From contig CP147778.1 of assembly GCA_037305845.1 (NCBI GenBank), positions 3,456,001 through 3,520,000 of the forward strand: a stretch of DNA of 64,000 nt, read 5' to 3'. Positions within the stretch are counted from its first letter, which is position 1. Every line of letters starts with the position of its first letter. This document shows, in pieces, positions 28,980 to 39,153 of the stretch. The notes under the pieces were generated by a model. The model was not told the origin of the DNA. It ran no database searches and was given only the letters and a program-made list of their open reading frames with translations. The position numbers were made by a program, and so were the translations under genes. This DNA comes from Candidatus Freyarchaeum deiterrae (GTDB lineage Archaea; Asgardarchaeota; Jordiarchaeia; Jordiarchaeales; Jordiarchaeaceae).

Positions 28980-30428
28980 CTATTCTATACTTTCCAATTC
29001 TATTTTATTATTCCCCTCGGTAGTAGTGTCGGTGGCTATGGCGTATATTTTAGTTTTGGGGAACTCGCCGTATATTGTTAGTGCTCCTTTGTTTTCCATT
29101 ACGAATTGAGTTGAGGCTAGATGAATGAGTGGATCCATGGATTTGATGCCTTGTTTGGCTAGTGCAAGAATGATTCCGTTTAAAAAGCTTGATTCAAGTA
29201 CTATGGTTCCTATTGTTTTTTCAAAGATTTCTTCTCCATAGATGCGCTCCATGGTGTCTACTCCTAGGAACCACAAAAAGTTTTCAACGCCTAGTTTCTC
29301 TTTGATTTCATTTACTGACTCCCTGAAGACTTTGCTGAAATTTGTTATATCTTCTCTTGAAACACTAATTTCGTTCCATGGAGTTTTTTCCGTCGTGTCA
29401 CTGAATTGGAAAAAGTAAAGATATTGCCTAAGCTTAGAAATAATACTCTCGTCTTTGCCTACTCCTAGTAGGGATACCATGTAATCCATAGTTAATTTAG
29501 TTGTAGAGCTTTGCGAAGGAATCATAAATACAGGGAACCCCTTTTGAATAAAACTCCAAATGATGGGGTAAAGAATGTAAAAGTATTCTGTTCCCATCTC
29601 TCTAGATGTTTTAATGAGGTTAAGTGTCCCTTTTCTCAGCCCTCCCTTAAGGGCATTATCCACTTCCTTAATGGATGTGGGAATAAGCGCACTTCTCTGT
29701 TCTTCTGGTTCCGGCCCAGCAACGTATTTAATCCGCGGAAAAAGCTGGGGCGCAAAGGAGGTAAACAGGCTACCCTTAAGAGTAAAAAGATAATACGGTT
29801 GATCCATCTGTCCTCCGCGAATCTTTTCAAAATATAGTTTTCTTAAGAGCCTATCATCTATTATTTCTCTTTCAAGTCTTATCACTCCGTCAACCAAGTA
29901 GTCTAGTTTGCAAGGCTCATCGGTTTCCGTTATGAATAGCATGTTTGAGTCTGTTTTTTCACCAATTTCTAGAAGGATGGTTTCAATGGTGTTGTCTTTA
30001 TCATCGAGGTTAAGATTCGACTTGAGGGCGTCTAGACTATCAATAATGACAGTTACGGGCCGACATTCGGCTGTTTGAATCTTTTCGTTAATTGACCTTA
30101 TGAATTCAGGCTGATCCGTGTACTCAAACAGTAGCCTTTTTGGAACATCGGGGGTAATATAAGACCTCTTGGCGTCCAGAATGTTCTGCGCGTCCAAGAA
30201 TTCTCTCACCCATGGAAATTGAACTAAAACCCTATCAGGGGTCACTCGTGTAGAAAGATAAATAACAGTGCCATTTGAGGACACATTTTTAACTACCTGT
30301 AAAGCGAAGCTGGTCTTACCAGTTCCTGCAAGGCCCTTGATATGAATCGAGTATCCTCCTTTTTCTAAGAGCCCGATTATCTCATCGGGAACACTCTTTT
30401 TAATACTCAACAAAGCGCTTTCCACCAA
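28980..30428 (-). CDS. KaiC/GvpD-like double RecA-fold ATPase
   Basis: IKGLAGTGKT, VIIDSLDAL, LDYLVDGVIRL, EKIRG; second domain (IPTSIKEVDNALKGG) has a degenerate P-loop. Confidence 0.8.
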   Translation of the reverse strand: MVESALLSIKKSVPDEIIGLLEKGGYSIHIKGLAGTGKTSFALQVVKNVSSNGTVIYLSTRVTPDRVLVQFPWVREFLDAQNILDAKRSYITPDVPKRLLFEYTDQPEFIRSINEKIQTAECRPVTVIIDSLDALKSNLNLDDKDNTIETILLEIGEKTDSNMLFITETDEPCKLDYLVDGVIRLEREIIDDRLLRKLYFEKIRGGQMDQPYYLFTLKGSLFTSFAPQLFPRIKYVAGPEPEEQRSALIPTSIKEVDNALKGGLRKGTLNLIKTSREMGTEYFYILYPIIWSFIQKGFPVFMIPSQSSTTKLTMDYMVSLLGVGKDESIISKLRQYLYFFQFSDTTEKTPWNEISVSREDITNFSKVFRESVNEIKEKLGVENFLWFLGVDTMERIYGEEIFEKTIGTIVLESSFLNGIILALAKQGIKSMDPLIHLASTQFVMENKGALTIYGEFPKTKIYAIATDTTTEGNNKIELESIE

Positions 30429-30567
30429 AATTTAAATTTTAAGAGTGAAATAAATAAATTTTTTAGAAATCATTAATATTAGATATGTCTCTTACAGTTA
30501 TTATATTTTTGCTAAATGTATACACTTGAAAAAAAGAGGGTTGTTGAGGTAAAAAGTTTTCAATAAT

Positions 30568-30717
30568 TTATTTCTTAGCCTTAACAGGCTTCTCTTCGAC
30601 TTTTTTCATAGGTTCTCCGCAACATACTATGTCGCATGGACCGCATCCACATGCGGTGTCAACCAACAAAACAATACCACAGTCTTCACACTTGTATTTA
30701 TCGCCTTTCTTTACCAT
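30568..30717 (-). CDS. Desulforedoxin-like 49-aa metal-binding protein (not in the ORF track)
   Basis: Manual translation MVKKGDKYKCEDCGIVLLVDTACGCGPCDIVCCGEPMKKVEEKPVKAKK*; upstream GAGGT. Confidence 0.8.
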   Translation of the reverse strand: MVKKGDKYKCEDCGIVLLVDTACGCGPCDIVCCGEPMKKVEEKPVKAKK

Positions 30718-30918
30718 ATTTTTTACCTCTTGCCCGTTGCTATGATATAGAAACTTCTACTCCGCGAAATATAAAGGTATTCAGCCCTAAAATCTTCGAG
30801 ATAAAGCCGAAAAAAAATACCTTTTCGGGCTCCATATCCTGAACATTCCAAGGTAGAGGAGGTTGAATAATTTTATATGTTTATGAGGTGATAGATTTGG
30901 ACAATATAGAATGTTGGG

Positions 30919-31332
30919 ATGGTAAATGTCTTGGCGAAGAAAATGAGTAACGATCGGTATGAACGAGGCTTAAGGAAGCTAAAGGAAATCGACGGTGAGG
31001 CAGGCACCAGAGTTATGGAGAGCCTGAAAGATATCGCTCCTGACCTTGCAAGATATGTTATAGAGTTTCCATTTGGCGATATTTATTCGCGCCCAGGGCT
31101 GGACTTGAAGTCAAGAGAAATTGCTGTTGTTGCTGCGCTAACTGCTCTTGGAAATGCGGCACCCCAGCTGAAAGTCCATATTAACGGTGCCCTGAACGTA
31201 GGCTGCACCCGACAGGAGGTTATCGAGATTATTATACAGATGGCTGTTTACGCAGGTTTTCCCGCGGCACTGAACGGTGTAACCTCAGCAAGAGAAGTTT
31301 TCAAAGAACGAGACGAAAAGGGACTAAGCTAA
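30919..31332 (+). CDS. Carboxymuconolactone decarboxylase (CMD/AhpD-like) family protein
   Basis: [36 protein letters not shown]. Confidence 0.92.
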   Translation: MVNVLAKKMSNDRYERGLRKLKEIDGEAGTRVMESLKDIAPDLARYVIEFPFGDIYSRPGLDLKSREIAVVAALTALGNAAPQLKVHINGALNVGCTRQEVIEIIIQMAVYAGFPAALNGVTSAREVFKERDEKGLS

Positions 31333-31535
31333 AAAAAGGAGAATCGCCACTCACAAAAAAGATGACGCCTCTTTAAGATAACTCCAAGAAAGGCGAACTC
31401 CAGCGATTCATCATCATTATCATCCTTTCAGGTTAACAAAAAGTATTTATAGTACATAATTCACGATATGAATAACACTACATATTGAGTAAAAGCATCA
31501 AATAGAATCTGCGAGGAACAACCGAGGTATTCTAA

Positions 31536-32216
31536 ATGAAAACCATTACTGAAAAAGAATTGAAAGAGAGAGAGAAACCAGTTTCCGAGGAAGAATCGGA
31601 ACAAAGTGAACAGATACTTCCAAGAATCGTGGAAAAGGCGAGAGAATACTTCGCAATCGCACCCGAAACCATTCTCAAACAGATTGCCATTATTCTCACG
31701 TTCTCAGTAATAATAACCATGTTCAAAGTTTACACCAGAACCCCTATGCAGTTGCCCGGACATGACGGAATATGGATCCTTCCCATGTTCATTGTACCAA
31801 GAGTTATGTCGGACAAGCGATTACTTGGAGGCTACGGGAGCACCTCAGCGATAGGACTCCTGTCAGGCTACATGATGGGCACTATGGGAGCCGCAGGAGG
31901 AGTAGGCATGGCCGTCATACACTATACGCTCATAGGTTTCCTTATAGACACACTACCCGTTTCAACCCTCAGCAGTAGGGGCGGCGTCCTAGTGTGCGGA
32001 TTCTGGGCCGGCCTCGCCAATATGTCACACTTCTTCGGAGGATCGCTATACCGAATACTCACAGGGGTCACGCCAAACTTCCTAAACATGAATGGAATCC
32101 TAGTTATAATGCTGATGTTTGGCTTCGGATTCGTGGGAGGAGTAATAGGAATCCTCGTAGCCAGCCCATTTATAAAAACCGTGAAAAAGAAAAAAGAGAG
32201 AAAACTAGCGCCCTAG
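31536..32216 (+). CDS. Probable ECF-type transporter substrate-binding (S) component
   Basis: About 6 TM helices with PMQLPGHDG, GFLID and GFVGGVIG patterns. Confidence 0.55.
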   Translation: MKTITEKELKEREKPVSEEESEQSEQILPRIVEKAREYFAIAPETILKQIAIILTFSVIITMFKVYTRTPMQLPGHDGIWILPMFIVPRVMSDKRLLGGYGSTSAIGLLSGYMMGTMGAAGGVGMAVIHYTLIGFLIDTLPVSTLSSRGGVLVCGFWAGLANMSHFFGGSLYRILTGVTPNFLNMNGILVIMLMFGFGFVGGVIGILVASPFIKTVKKKKERKLAP

Positions 32217-32947
32217 AGATATGATTTGGGGTCAACAATTACCCAATCACTTCCCACTTTTTTTACTTTAACCACAGGCTCGCCTCCCTCCAAGAAGGGT
32301 CTCACCCTTTCCGCGTCAATAACTTCATCCTCGCCCAGAAGAATTCCCTCAGCTGAAACAACTCTAGAAACACCTATTACTTCCAGTTCACGCACCGTAA
32401 GTTTCCGTGGCAGACTTCTCAGACTTTTTGGATCCTCAGGGGTTCTGCCTCCGAGTTCAAGGAACCATCCATCATTGCCAGATTGGGCGAGACCCACAGC
32501 AGCTAAGGCTCCTATAACGCCCAGCCTTGTGCCCGCTACGCCCTCAAGCAGCACACCATTTTTTAAGGCTACCGTGTACGCTTCCTTCATGGTCACTATA
32601 ACTTTTTGCGTCTTTCTTCCGAATTCTACTATCTCATCTTTTTTCGAGTTTGAGACTGCTACACCCGGATCACTTCCCTTAATACTCTCTTCAGCAACCA
32701 TATCGTAAACCATCTGGAAAACCTTGTTAATATTATTACCATCATCCAGAATGTGAATTGCCTTAGAGCTGTTCTTACGAGTACACGGGATACGAGGATC
32801 CTGGAGAAGCTGGTGCCGAGTAACACCAAGAATACTAAAGCGCTCAGAAAGCTTATTTGCAACCTTTCTAGCCAGCCTACCAGTCCCGCTCTCGTCGGGC
32901 ATATCCGTATCATCAATTCCAACAAAAATCAAAATAAAACACCCCAA
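32213..32947 (-). CDS. TiaS N-terminal-like (DUF1743-type) protein without OB-fold and Zn-ribbon
   Basis: VGIDDTD...GTG, RHQL...IPCTRKN, SDPGVAV, GVIGALAAVG. Confidence 0.75.
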   Translation of the reverse strand: MGCFILIFVGIDDTDMPDESGTGRLARKVANKLSERFSILGVTRHQLLQDPRIPCTRKNSSKAIHILDDGNNINKVFQMVYDMVAEESIKGSDPGVAVSNSKKDEIVEFGRKTQKVIVTMKEAYTVALKNGVLLEGVAGTRLGVIGALAAVGLAQSGNDGWFLELGGRTPEDPKSLRSLPRKLTVRELEVIGVSRVVSAEGILLGEDEVIDAERVRPFLEGGEPVVKVKKVGSDWVIVDPKSYL

Positions 32948-32976
32948 AAATAAAAATAAAAAAGGGAATAAATACC

Positions 32977-33624
32977 TTATGCTGTGAGGTTGAAAGTAAT
33001 CGCAATTGTAAACACTGACTTAACATAATATTGTTTTGCAAAGTAATTTGGGGACCCTCCGTATCCAGTAGGTGCGCAGAATTTACATGTCCCAATATAG
33101 GTAGCAGTCCCTCCACCGCCTCCCTCAGCGTAGTCAAGTATGGGATACTGCGAAGTAATGTTTCCCAGAAGCCAATGTAAACCTCCGTATACCATTTGCC
33201 CTAGTCCGTTATCTCCTCCGGCCGCGCCCGAAACTTGTATACTCAGTTGCTTAGAGTCTGTTAGGTTCAGGGTTGTTAAGTCCAAGCTGAAAAAATAGTA
33301 TGTAATATTATTAAGCGAGGGCCCAGACTCTGGGGAACCTGTCGATCCGGATGCGAAAGTAGTGTTTTGAAGTGGGCTAAGGTCGCTCCAAGTTAATTTC
33401 TTTATTGTTGTTACTGTGTTGTTTGGGTCTGTTGCGTTTGTGACATAAAATGTTATACCGTAGGATATTGGAATACCGAAATAGGCATAGAGGACCAGAT
33501 TTGTGTTTTGTTGCTGGTTTGCGAGTGTGTTGCCATAGGAGATTGTTACTCCCCCTAGTGAGACAATTGCAATTATCCCTATTGCGGCAAGCACTATTTC
33601 TGTTCGGTTCATTCTCATCACCAA
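32977..33624 (-). CDS. Membrane-anchored extracellular protein, possibly a degenerate molybdopterin-binding oxidoreductase fold
   Basis: N-terminal TM; SGPSLNNI...PILDY...KFCAP...YYVKSVFTIAI resembles that domain's motif order (inference). Confidence 0.45.
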   Translation of the reverse strand: MVMRMNRTEIVLAAIGIIAIVSLGGVTISYGNTLANQQQNTNLVLYAYFGIPISYGITFYVTNATDPNNTVTTIKKLTWSDLSPLQNTTFASGSTGSPESGPSLNNITYYFFSLDLTTLNLTDSKQLSIQVSGAAGGDNGLGQMVYGGLHWLLGNITSQYPILDYAEGGGGGTATYIGTCKFCAPTGYGGSPNYFAKQYYVKSVFTIAITFNLTA

Positions 33625-33881
33625 ACTAGAAGATGAAACGATATGCTTTTCTGAGCATGTCGATATTTAAATCTTTTGGCGGACCGAGAACTTTTAAAAA
33701 GTCGATAACACGGTTAATTTGCAAGATCAACTTTTTGGGCTGGAGCTTCCTTATTTAGTTGAGTATCGTTAATAATCGAAAAGAGAGATATAGGTGATTG
33801 GAAAAAACTCTTGCAAATGGGATTTAAATTAATCCATGATAGGGGCGTTACATTCGACAGCGCCGTCACACTTCAAGAATC

Positions 33882-34847
33882 CTAATGCTCTGCACCTTCA
33901 TAACATTTTTTTGCCTCATCATGTTTCCCAAGTTTATCTAACGCAGCACCTTTGTTGTTCCATGCCTGAACATAGTTGGGGTTTAGTCTTATCGCCTCAT
34001 CAAAGTATTTCACCGACTCATCATACTTCCCAAGAGTGAGTAATGTAAACCCTTTGTTGTTCCAGGCTGTAGCATAGTTAGGATTTAGTCTTATTGCCTC
34101 ATCAAAGCTTTTTACTGCCTCATCATACTTTTCAAGGGTGAGTAATGCAAGACCTTTGTTGTTCCAGGCCGTAGCGTCCTTGGGGTTTATTTTAATTGCC
34201 TTATGAAAGCACTTTATTGCTTCAACCTGCTTCCCAAGATTGAGCAAGTCTAGACCTTTGTTGTTCCAGGCTGTAGCGTCGTCGGGGTTTAGTCTTATTG
34301 CATCATCGAAGTATTTCACTGCCTCATCGTACTTCTCAAGAATGCCCAACGCTAAGCCTTTGTTGTTCAATGCCTGAGCATAGTTGGGGTTTAGTCTTAT
34401 TGCCTCATCGAAGTATTTCACCGACTCATCATACTTCCCAAGATTAAGCAATATGAAGCCTTTATTGTTCCAGGCTGTAGCTTCTTTGGGGTTTATTTTA
34501 ATTGCCTTATCAAAGTATTTTACTGCCTCATCATACTTCTCAAGTGTGAGTAATATGAAGCCTTTGTTGTTCCATGCCTGAGCATAGTTGGGGTTTAGTC
34601 TTATCGCCTCATTGAAACATTTTTCCGCTTCATCGTATTTTCCCAGATTACTCAATGCCACACCTTTGTTATTCCATACCCAATCCAAATTGGGGTCTAT
34701 TTTGATTGCCTCATTACAGCGGTTTATTGCCTCTTCATACTTCCTGTGATTAATTAAAGCCTTGACCTCGTTTTCCGAAATAGGTTCGGCGGATGTATTG
34801 TTTTTGCTATTCTTTCTCTTTTCAGGCATTCCCATCACTTCTTTCAC
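33882..34847 (-). CDS. Tetratricopeptide repeat protein (~8 TPRs)
   Basis: Repeated AWNNKG...LGKYDEA-x-KYFDEAIRLNP units, visible as 102-bp DNA repeats. Confidence 0.95.
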   Translation of the reverse strand: MKEVMGMPEKRKNSKNNTSAEPISENEVKALINHRKYEEAINRCNEAIKIDPNLDWVWNNKGVALSNLGKYDEAEKCFNEAIRLNPNYAQAWNNKGFILLTLEKYDEAVKYFDKAIKINPKEATAWNNKGFILLNLGKYDESVKYFDEAIRLNPNYAQALNNKGLALGILEKYDEAVKYFDDAIRLNPDDATAWNNKGLDLLNLGKQVEAIKCFHKAIKINPKDATAWNNKGLALLTLEKYDEAVKSFDEAIRLNPNYATAWNNKGFTLLTLGKYDESVKYFDEAIRLNPNYVQAWNNKGAALDKLGKHDEAKKCYEGAEH

Positions 34848-35046
34848 TAAAAATTTTGTTCAATAAACTCAGATATCAACATAGGAATAATAATACTTCA
34901 AGTAGAAATTATTATAAGTTCATTTTCAGTCAGTATGAAGTCTACTGGAATGTCGTGTTCTTTTTGGTTTTCAGGTAGTTGCAACTAAAACTTTTAAAGA
35001 GAAGCGTAGTGAATCTATAATCCCGTAGTTTGGATGAGCAGTGATT

Positions 35047-35370
35047 TCATAGAGTTGCTTCTACGTTTTGTTCCATCGCGTCTTGAATTATTGATGAAGT
35101 GGTTTTTATTCTTTCAAATTCTTCAGGTGTGTAGCAGAGATAATCTACGTGTTTTGGAAACCTTGCTGTTTTTAATACTTTTTCCGCTCTTTTGATAAAT
35201 GGAATACCTCTAAAAGCTTCAGAGATTATAATTACGTCGAGATCAGACTCCTCCTTTGCGTTTCCGGTTACTCTTGAACCAAAAAACAATACCCTTTCGG
35301 GCTTGATGTCTTGAACAATTCGGGGTAGAGCCTCTTTTTGAAATTTTTCTATCCAGATATCATTCACCAT
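35047..35370 (-). CDS. Minimal nucleotidyltransferase (MNT)
   Basis: FFGSRVTG...SDLDVIII motif; overlaps the HEPN gene. Confidence 0.9.
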   Translation of the reverse strand: MVNDIWIEKFQKEALPRIVQDIKPERVLFFGSRVTGNAKEESDLDVIIISEAFRGIPFIKRAEKVLKTARFPKHVDYLCYTPEEFERIKTTSSIIQDAMEQNVEATL

Positions 35371-35764
35371 CGTCTTCTTCTCCTATTGTATATCTATTTT
35401 TCAAGAGTCTAAAAATTTTTTTCGCTGATTCAACTTTTTCTTTTGCAATCTTTTTATCATATTGCTCGTAGGGAACCACATCGCTTACGTCAGGATATCT
35501 TGCAAATGTATAATCTGCTGTAAGCTCCAAAATATGCGACATTGCTTCTCCAGAAACGTTGAGTTTCTCGGCCAGCTCATCAATATAATGTATTTTGGGC
35601 ACTTTCTTATTTTCCAAAGCGAAAATAGCTTTTAATAGCTTTTCAACTGCCTGATGTGCAAGGAATGCTGCTACATCATATCCTTCAATTTCTATATTTC
35701 TCTCAGCTATCTCAAGGTCATGTAATGCTTGTTTCAACCATTTCTTTCCGATGTCTTTCGTCAT
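35360..35764 (-). CDS. HEPN-domain protein (HEPN-MNT pair)
   Basis: WLKQALHDLE, FLAHQAVEKLLKA, KIH, ARYPD; start MTKD at 35764. Confidence 0.9.
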   Translation of the reverse strand: MTKDIGKKWLKQALHDLEIAERNIEIEGYDVAAFLAHQAVEKLLKAIFALENKKVPKIHYIDELAEKLNVSGEAMSHILELTADYTFARYPDVSDVVPYEQYDKKIAKEKVESAKKIFRLLKNRYTIGEEDDGE

Positions 35765-36034
35765 CTCTCTACCTCTACCTTCTCTTTCCGGTCCTTCACA
35801 AAATATCCCGGCAAGGAAAACCATCCTTTTTTATAGGAGGAGAAATTGCTACCATAAAACTATTCATGTATTAAAGTGTATTAAAACGACATGGCAGTCA
35901 GTTTAATAGGGGTTATAGTTGAAGCCCTTATAAATAACTTGCTACCGAACTCGCGAGGAATATTATAAAGACCCAAAATTCGAAGACTCTTATGCCAATT
36001 GTTCAGCATGATCTTGAAGTACATGAATGATGTT

Positions 36035-36619
36035 TCAAGAAGAAATCATTATTAGCTCCTTCTCGGTCAGTATGAAGTCTACGATGATATCGTGTTCCTG
36101 TGCGAGGTTTGAGAAGTCTTCGAAAACTTGTCTTGAGTGAACTAGGGTCCCGGACAATATTTTTGGGTTTCTCTCTTTTAGGTAAGCTAGTTCCTTGTCG
36201 CCGTATCCTGAGCCCTTTCCTATGCGGTTGCCTTTTTTGTCTACCGCTACGCTTCCCACCACGGCTACGTCCACGCTTCTTGTCAACGGTTCACCATCCC
36301 CAATAAGATCCCTGATGGATACTTTCACGGGTGTTCCTGGCCTCATCATTTTGAAGCTCGTCATATGTGGGGTGGAGTAAGCCAGAATCTTGCCGTCCAT
36401 CAGAACCATGCGTCTGAAGGGTATTAGAACTCCGTCGGGAGGAGAGAAAACACACTCAGCCTTCTCATACTCTTCCAGTTTCCTAATCTGCCTGCCTGCA
36501 GCGTCGGCTCCCACAAAGTTCGGTATCCTTCCATGCGGCGGGTAGGGAAACGCGGCGATTCTTTCCTCAACCATCATATCCCACACATAATCCCGGATTT
36601 CCTTTTTACTGTTCCACAC
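36035..36619 (-). CDS. 5-formyltetrahydrofolate cyclo-ligase family protein (archaeal type)
   Basis: PHGRIPNFVGA, VVGSVAVD, RIGKGSGYGDKE, HDIIVDFILT. Confidence 0.88.
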   Translation of the reverse strand: MWNSKKEIRDYVWDMMVEERIAAFPYPPHGRIPNFVGADAAGRQIRKLEEYEKAECVFSPPDGVLIPFRRMVLMDGKILAYSTPHMTSFKMMRPGTPVKVSIRDLIGDGEPLTRSVDVAVVGSVAVDKKGNRIGKGSGYGDKELAYLKERNPKILSGTLVHSRQVFEDFSNLAQEHDIIVDFILTEKELIMISS

Positions 36620-36867
36620 TAGTGGGTTCCTCCAAAAACTTGCATATCTTTCTGGCTGTTAAATATTATCATTATTGTCTTGGAGGTAGGTGTTAAAAAA
36701 TACTATCAATGCCTATGCAAGCGGTCTTTGGTTCTGTGAAGGAATGGTTTGAAGAGTAAACGTCTGCAGGATATTGAGTAGTGCTCTGTTCTGAGACCTG
36801 CGAAATAAATCTTTGGCTTCAAGAAAGAATTCAGAAAAACAAGAGGGGGATAAAAAAAAAGTAGTTC

Positions 36868-37893
36868 TTACATCTGTTTTTCTTCTGCTTTTCTTCTGAA
36901 GTTGACCGCGAAGAATAGGATTCCTAGTGCGATGATTCCCAGGCCTCCCGCGATTGATAGGAAGGGAATCGTTTTGTAGAAAAGTAGTATCAGAAGGGCT
37001 CCTGCGGCCACGTGTGCGGCTCCTAGTGTTAGTGTTTCTGCTCGGAAGCTTCTTGTGATGGGTGTTTGAGCGTTGATGATTCTGCCGTTTGATCCGTCGA
37101 TTAGTGCTTTGTAGTCTTTTCTTTTGTAGGTGTATTGGATTTCGTATATTGGAAGGTGTATGTAGTAGAGGGCTTCCTCTTTTATGTTATCGTTTCTGCT
37201 TTCGATTATTTTTACTTCTTTGCGTATTTCTCTTTCCTGTGAACCCAAAACGTTTTGGTTCAGTCTGTTCTTTACTTCGTCGTAGCTTAACTCGGAGTCT
37301 ATTATTTCTCCGTTAACGTCTTTCACGTGTTTTATGTCGAAGTATTCCTTCCCACTAACTGTGACAATGTAGTTTTTCAAGGATTCCTGGCTTTTATCTA
37401 GGCTTATCCCGATTAGGGGAATTTGGTACTCTCTTATGACCTCTCCGGTTTCCTCTTTTTTGTAGTAACTTACGTGTTCGTACCAGCCGGGTGCATCGTA
37501 TGCCGGAGTGCTAAACCTGGGCCAGTCGTCTAATCCCCGGTATGGTGTGTCCGCTGCGTATTGTCCAACCCATAGGGGATAGAATGTGAGTTTTTGGCTG
37601 TGGATGTTGGTTGCTGCCTCAAAATTTTTGGGTGCTCCCGGAACTTTGCTAATCCATGCCCCGAGTAAATTTTTGGCCTGGTCGGGCGTGTAGTGGCACC
37701 TCACGATGTAATGGTCTTTTAGTATATACTTTTTCTTTTCTTTTTTCGATACGCCGGGTTCCGCTACCATCTTTGAAACCTGTATGGCAGTGCCGCAGTA
37801 ATCACAGGTGTGAATCACGGCATCTTCGCGAACGCTTAAATCCGCACCACAATTTGGACAACTAATATCCATATTTTTTTCCACCTTCCTCAC
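36868..37893 (-). CDS. Zinc-ribbon protein with two C-terminal TM helices (YdjG-like), paralog 1
   Basis: CPNC...CDYC, FYPLW, YIHLPIYEIQY...LIDGSNGRII, two TM helices. Confidence 0.7.
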   Translation of the reverse strand: MRKVEKNMDISCPNCGADLSVREDAVIHTCDYCGTAIQVSKMVAEPGVSKKEKKKYILKDHYIVRCHYTPDQAKNLLGAWISKVPGAPKNFEAATNIHSQKLTFYPLWVGQYAADTPYRGLDDWPRFSTPAYDAPGWYEHVSYYKKEETGEVIREYQIPLIGISLDKSQESLKNYIVTVSGKEYFDIKHVKDVNGEIIDSELSYDEVKNRLNQNVLGSQEREIRKEVKIIESRNDNIKEEALYYIHLPIYEIQYTYKRKDYKALIDGSNGRIINAQTPITRSFRAETLTLGAAHVAAGALLILLFYKTIPFLSIAGGLGIIALGILFFAVNFRRKAEEKQM

Positions 37894-38907
37894 TCAATCT
37901 TTTTCTAACTGCATTCTAAAAGCTGTACGCGTCAAAACGAAGCTTAGTGCAATAGCCGCGACTCCGAGTATTATCAACAAGTTTCCTAGCCAGCCACTCA
38001 TGTTAAGGATGTTATTCAGAATTGAGAAGCCGTACTGGCCTGAAATTGCGCCGAGGATAATAAGTGACAGACCCCCGAGATAATTTGCCGCCCTCCGCCC
38101 AAGAGTTAGGGGAATTTCACCCTTCAAGATTGTGCCGGAGTCTCCTATTATTGAAACTTTGTACACCTTGTTTTTGAACTTGTATCTAACCTGCCATAAT
38201 GGCGCATGAACGTAAATGGGGTTGTACATTTCAATTTTGGAATCGCATCTAACCAGTTTATAGACTTTACTGCCTGCAATTCTCCGGTTCTCGTCTTCCA
38301 CCCAGCCATACGCTTCCCTAGATGCCTCCACGGGATTAACTTCCGCATTTATGAACTCCGCTTCAAGGCTTTTTATTTTCTCAAAGTCGAAAGCTTCGGT
38401 ACCGTCCAGCTTCAGCTTCTTCTCGAAATTATTTAACCCGTAAAAAGCAGTATGCTTCCTAGCTATGACCTTTTCTCCACCAGACCCTGCAAAATCTCCC
38501 GCCTCCTCTCTGTATATCGGAACGCTGTACGTTCTGGTGTGAGGATTACCCGCCCTGTCGTAGGTTGTACTTGTGCGTGTTACTGTGGATCTTTTTACTC
38601 CGTAATAGTGGGTGTTTGAGTTAAATGGGCAAACCCAGTAGGGAATATAGTTCAGCTTCAACTCTTCTATCACGGCCTGCTTGTCCAGTCCACGTGTAAC
38701 TCCCTCGTGTTTCTGCAAGAATTTTATTGTATTACTTTTAATTGCTTTCTCCTGCAAAGTCGGCAACATCTGATGATCCGAAACATTCTTCCCTTCAACG
38801 TCAAAAGTTGATCCACAATACTTACAAGTTATAACGACATCCTCGGGTGAAATAGCTATAATAACACCACATGTCGGACACGGCTTAGTTAACTCTTCCT
38901 TCGCCAT
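37894..38907 (-). CDS. Zinc-ribbon protein with two C-terminal TM helices (YdjG-like), paralog 2
   Basis: CPTC...CKYC, YIPYW, YVHAPLWQVRY...GDSGTILKGEIP; directly abuts paralog 1. Confidence 0.7.
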   Translation of the reverse strand: MAKEELTKPCPTCGVIIAISPEDVVITCKYCGSTFDVEGKNVSDHQMLPTLQEKAIKSNTIKFLQKHEGVTRGLDKQAVIEELKLNYIPYWVCPFNSNTHYYGVKRSTVTRTSTTYDRAGNPHTRTYSVPIYREEAGDFAGSGGEKVIARKHTAFYGLNNFEKKLKLDGTEAFDFEKIKSLEAEFINAEVNPVEASREAYGWVEDENRRIAGSKVYKLVRCDSKIEMYNPIYVHAPLWQVRYKFKNKVYKVSIIGDSGTILKGEIPLTLGRRAANYLGGLSLIILGAISGQYGFSILNNILNMSGWLGNLLIILGVAAIALSFVLTRTAFRMQLEKD

Positions 38908-39153
38908 GATAAAACCACGCTAACATTTGAACAATAAGTAATACTATCAAGTATATATTTATTCTCGGAAAAACCAACTATCCATTTTCTTAACCACAAT
39001 ATAAGAAAAAACCCGAAAAAACACTCTAGTACTTGGTTCAAAATAAAAACGCTTACTTAATACATGAACCTCTTTTTTTTCCGCCTGCTCAGCTGATTCC
39101 ATTTTCTAGAAAAAATGCTCTTTATCTATGTAACTTTCTAGGGAGCCGACTTC

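Noticed and set aside
32213-32947. Calling this gene tiaS
   Set aside because: Only 244 aa; lacks the OB-fold and zinc-ribbon tRNA-binding regions of the real enzyme.
33882-34700. CRISPR-like periodicity
   Set aside because: The 102-bp period is in-frame TPR coding repeats with no unique spacers.
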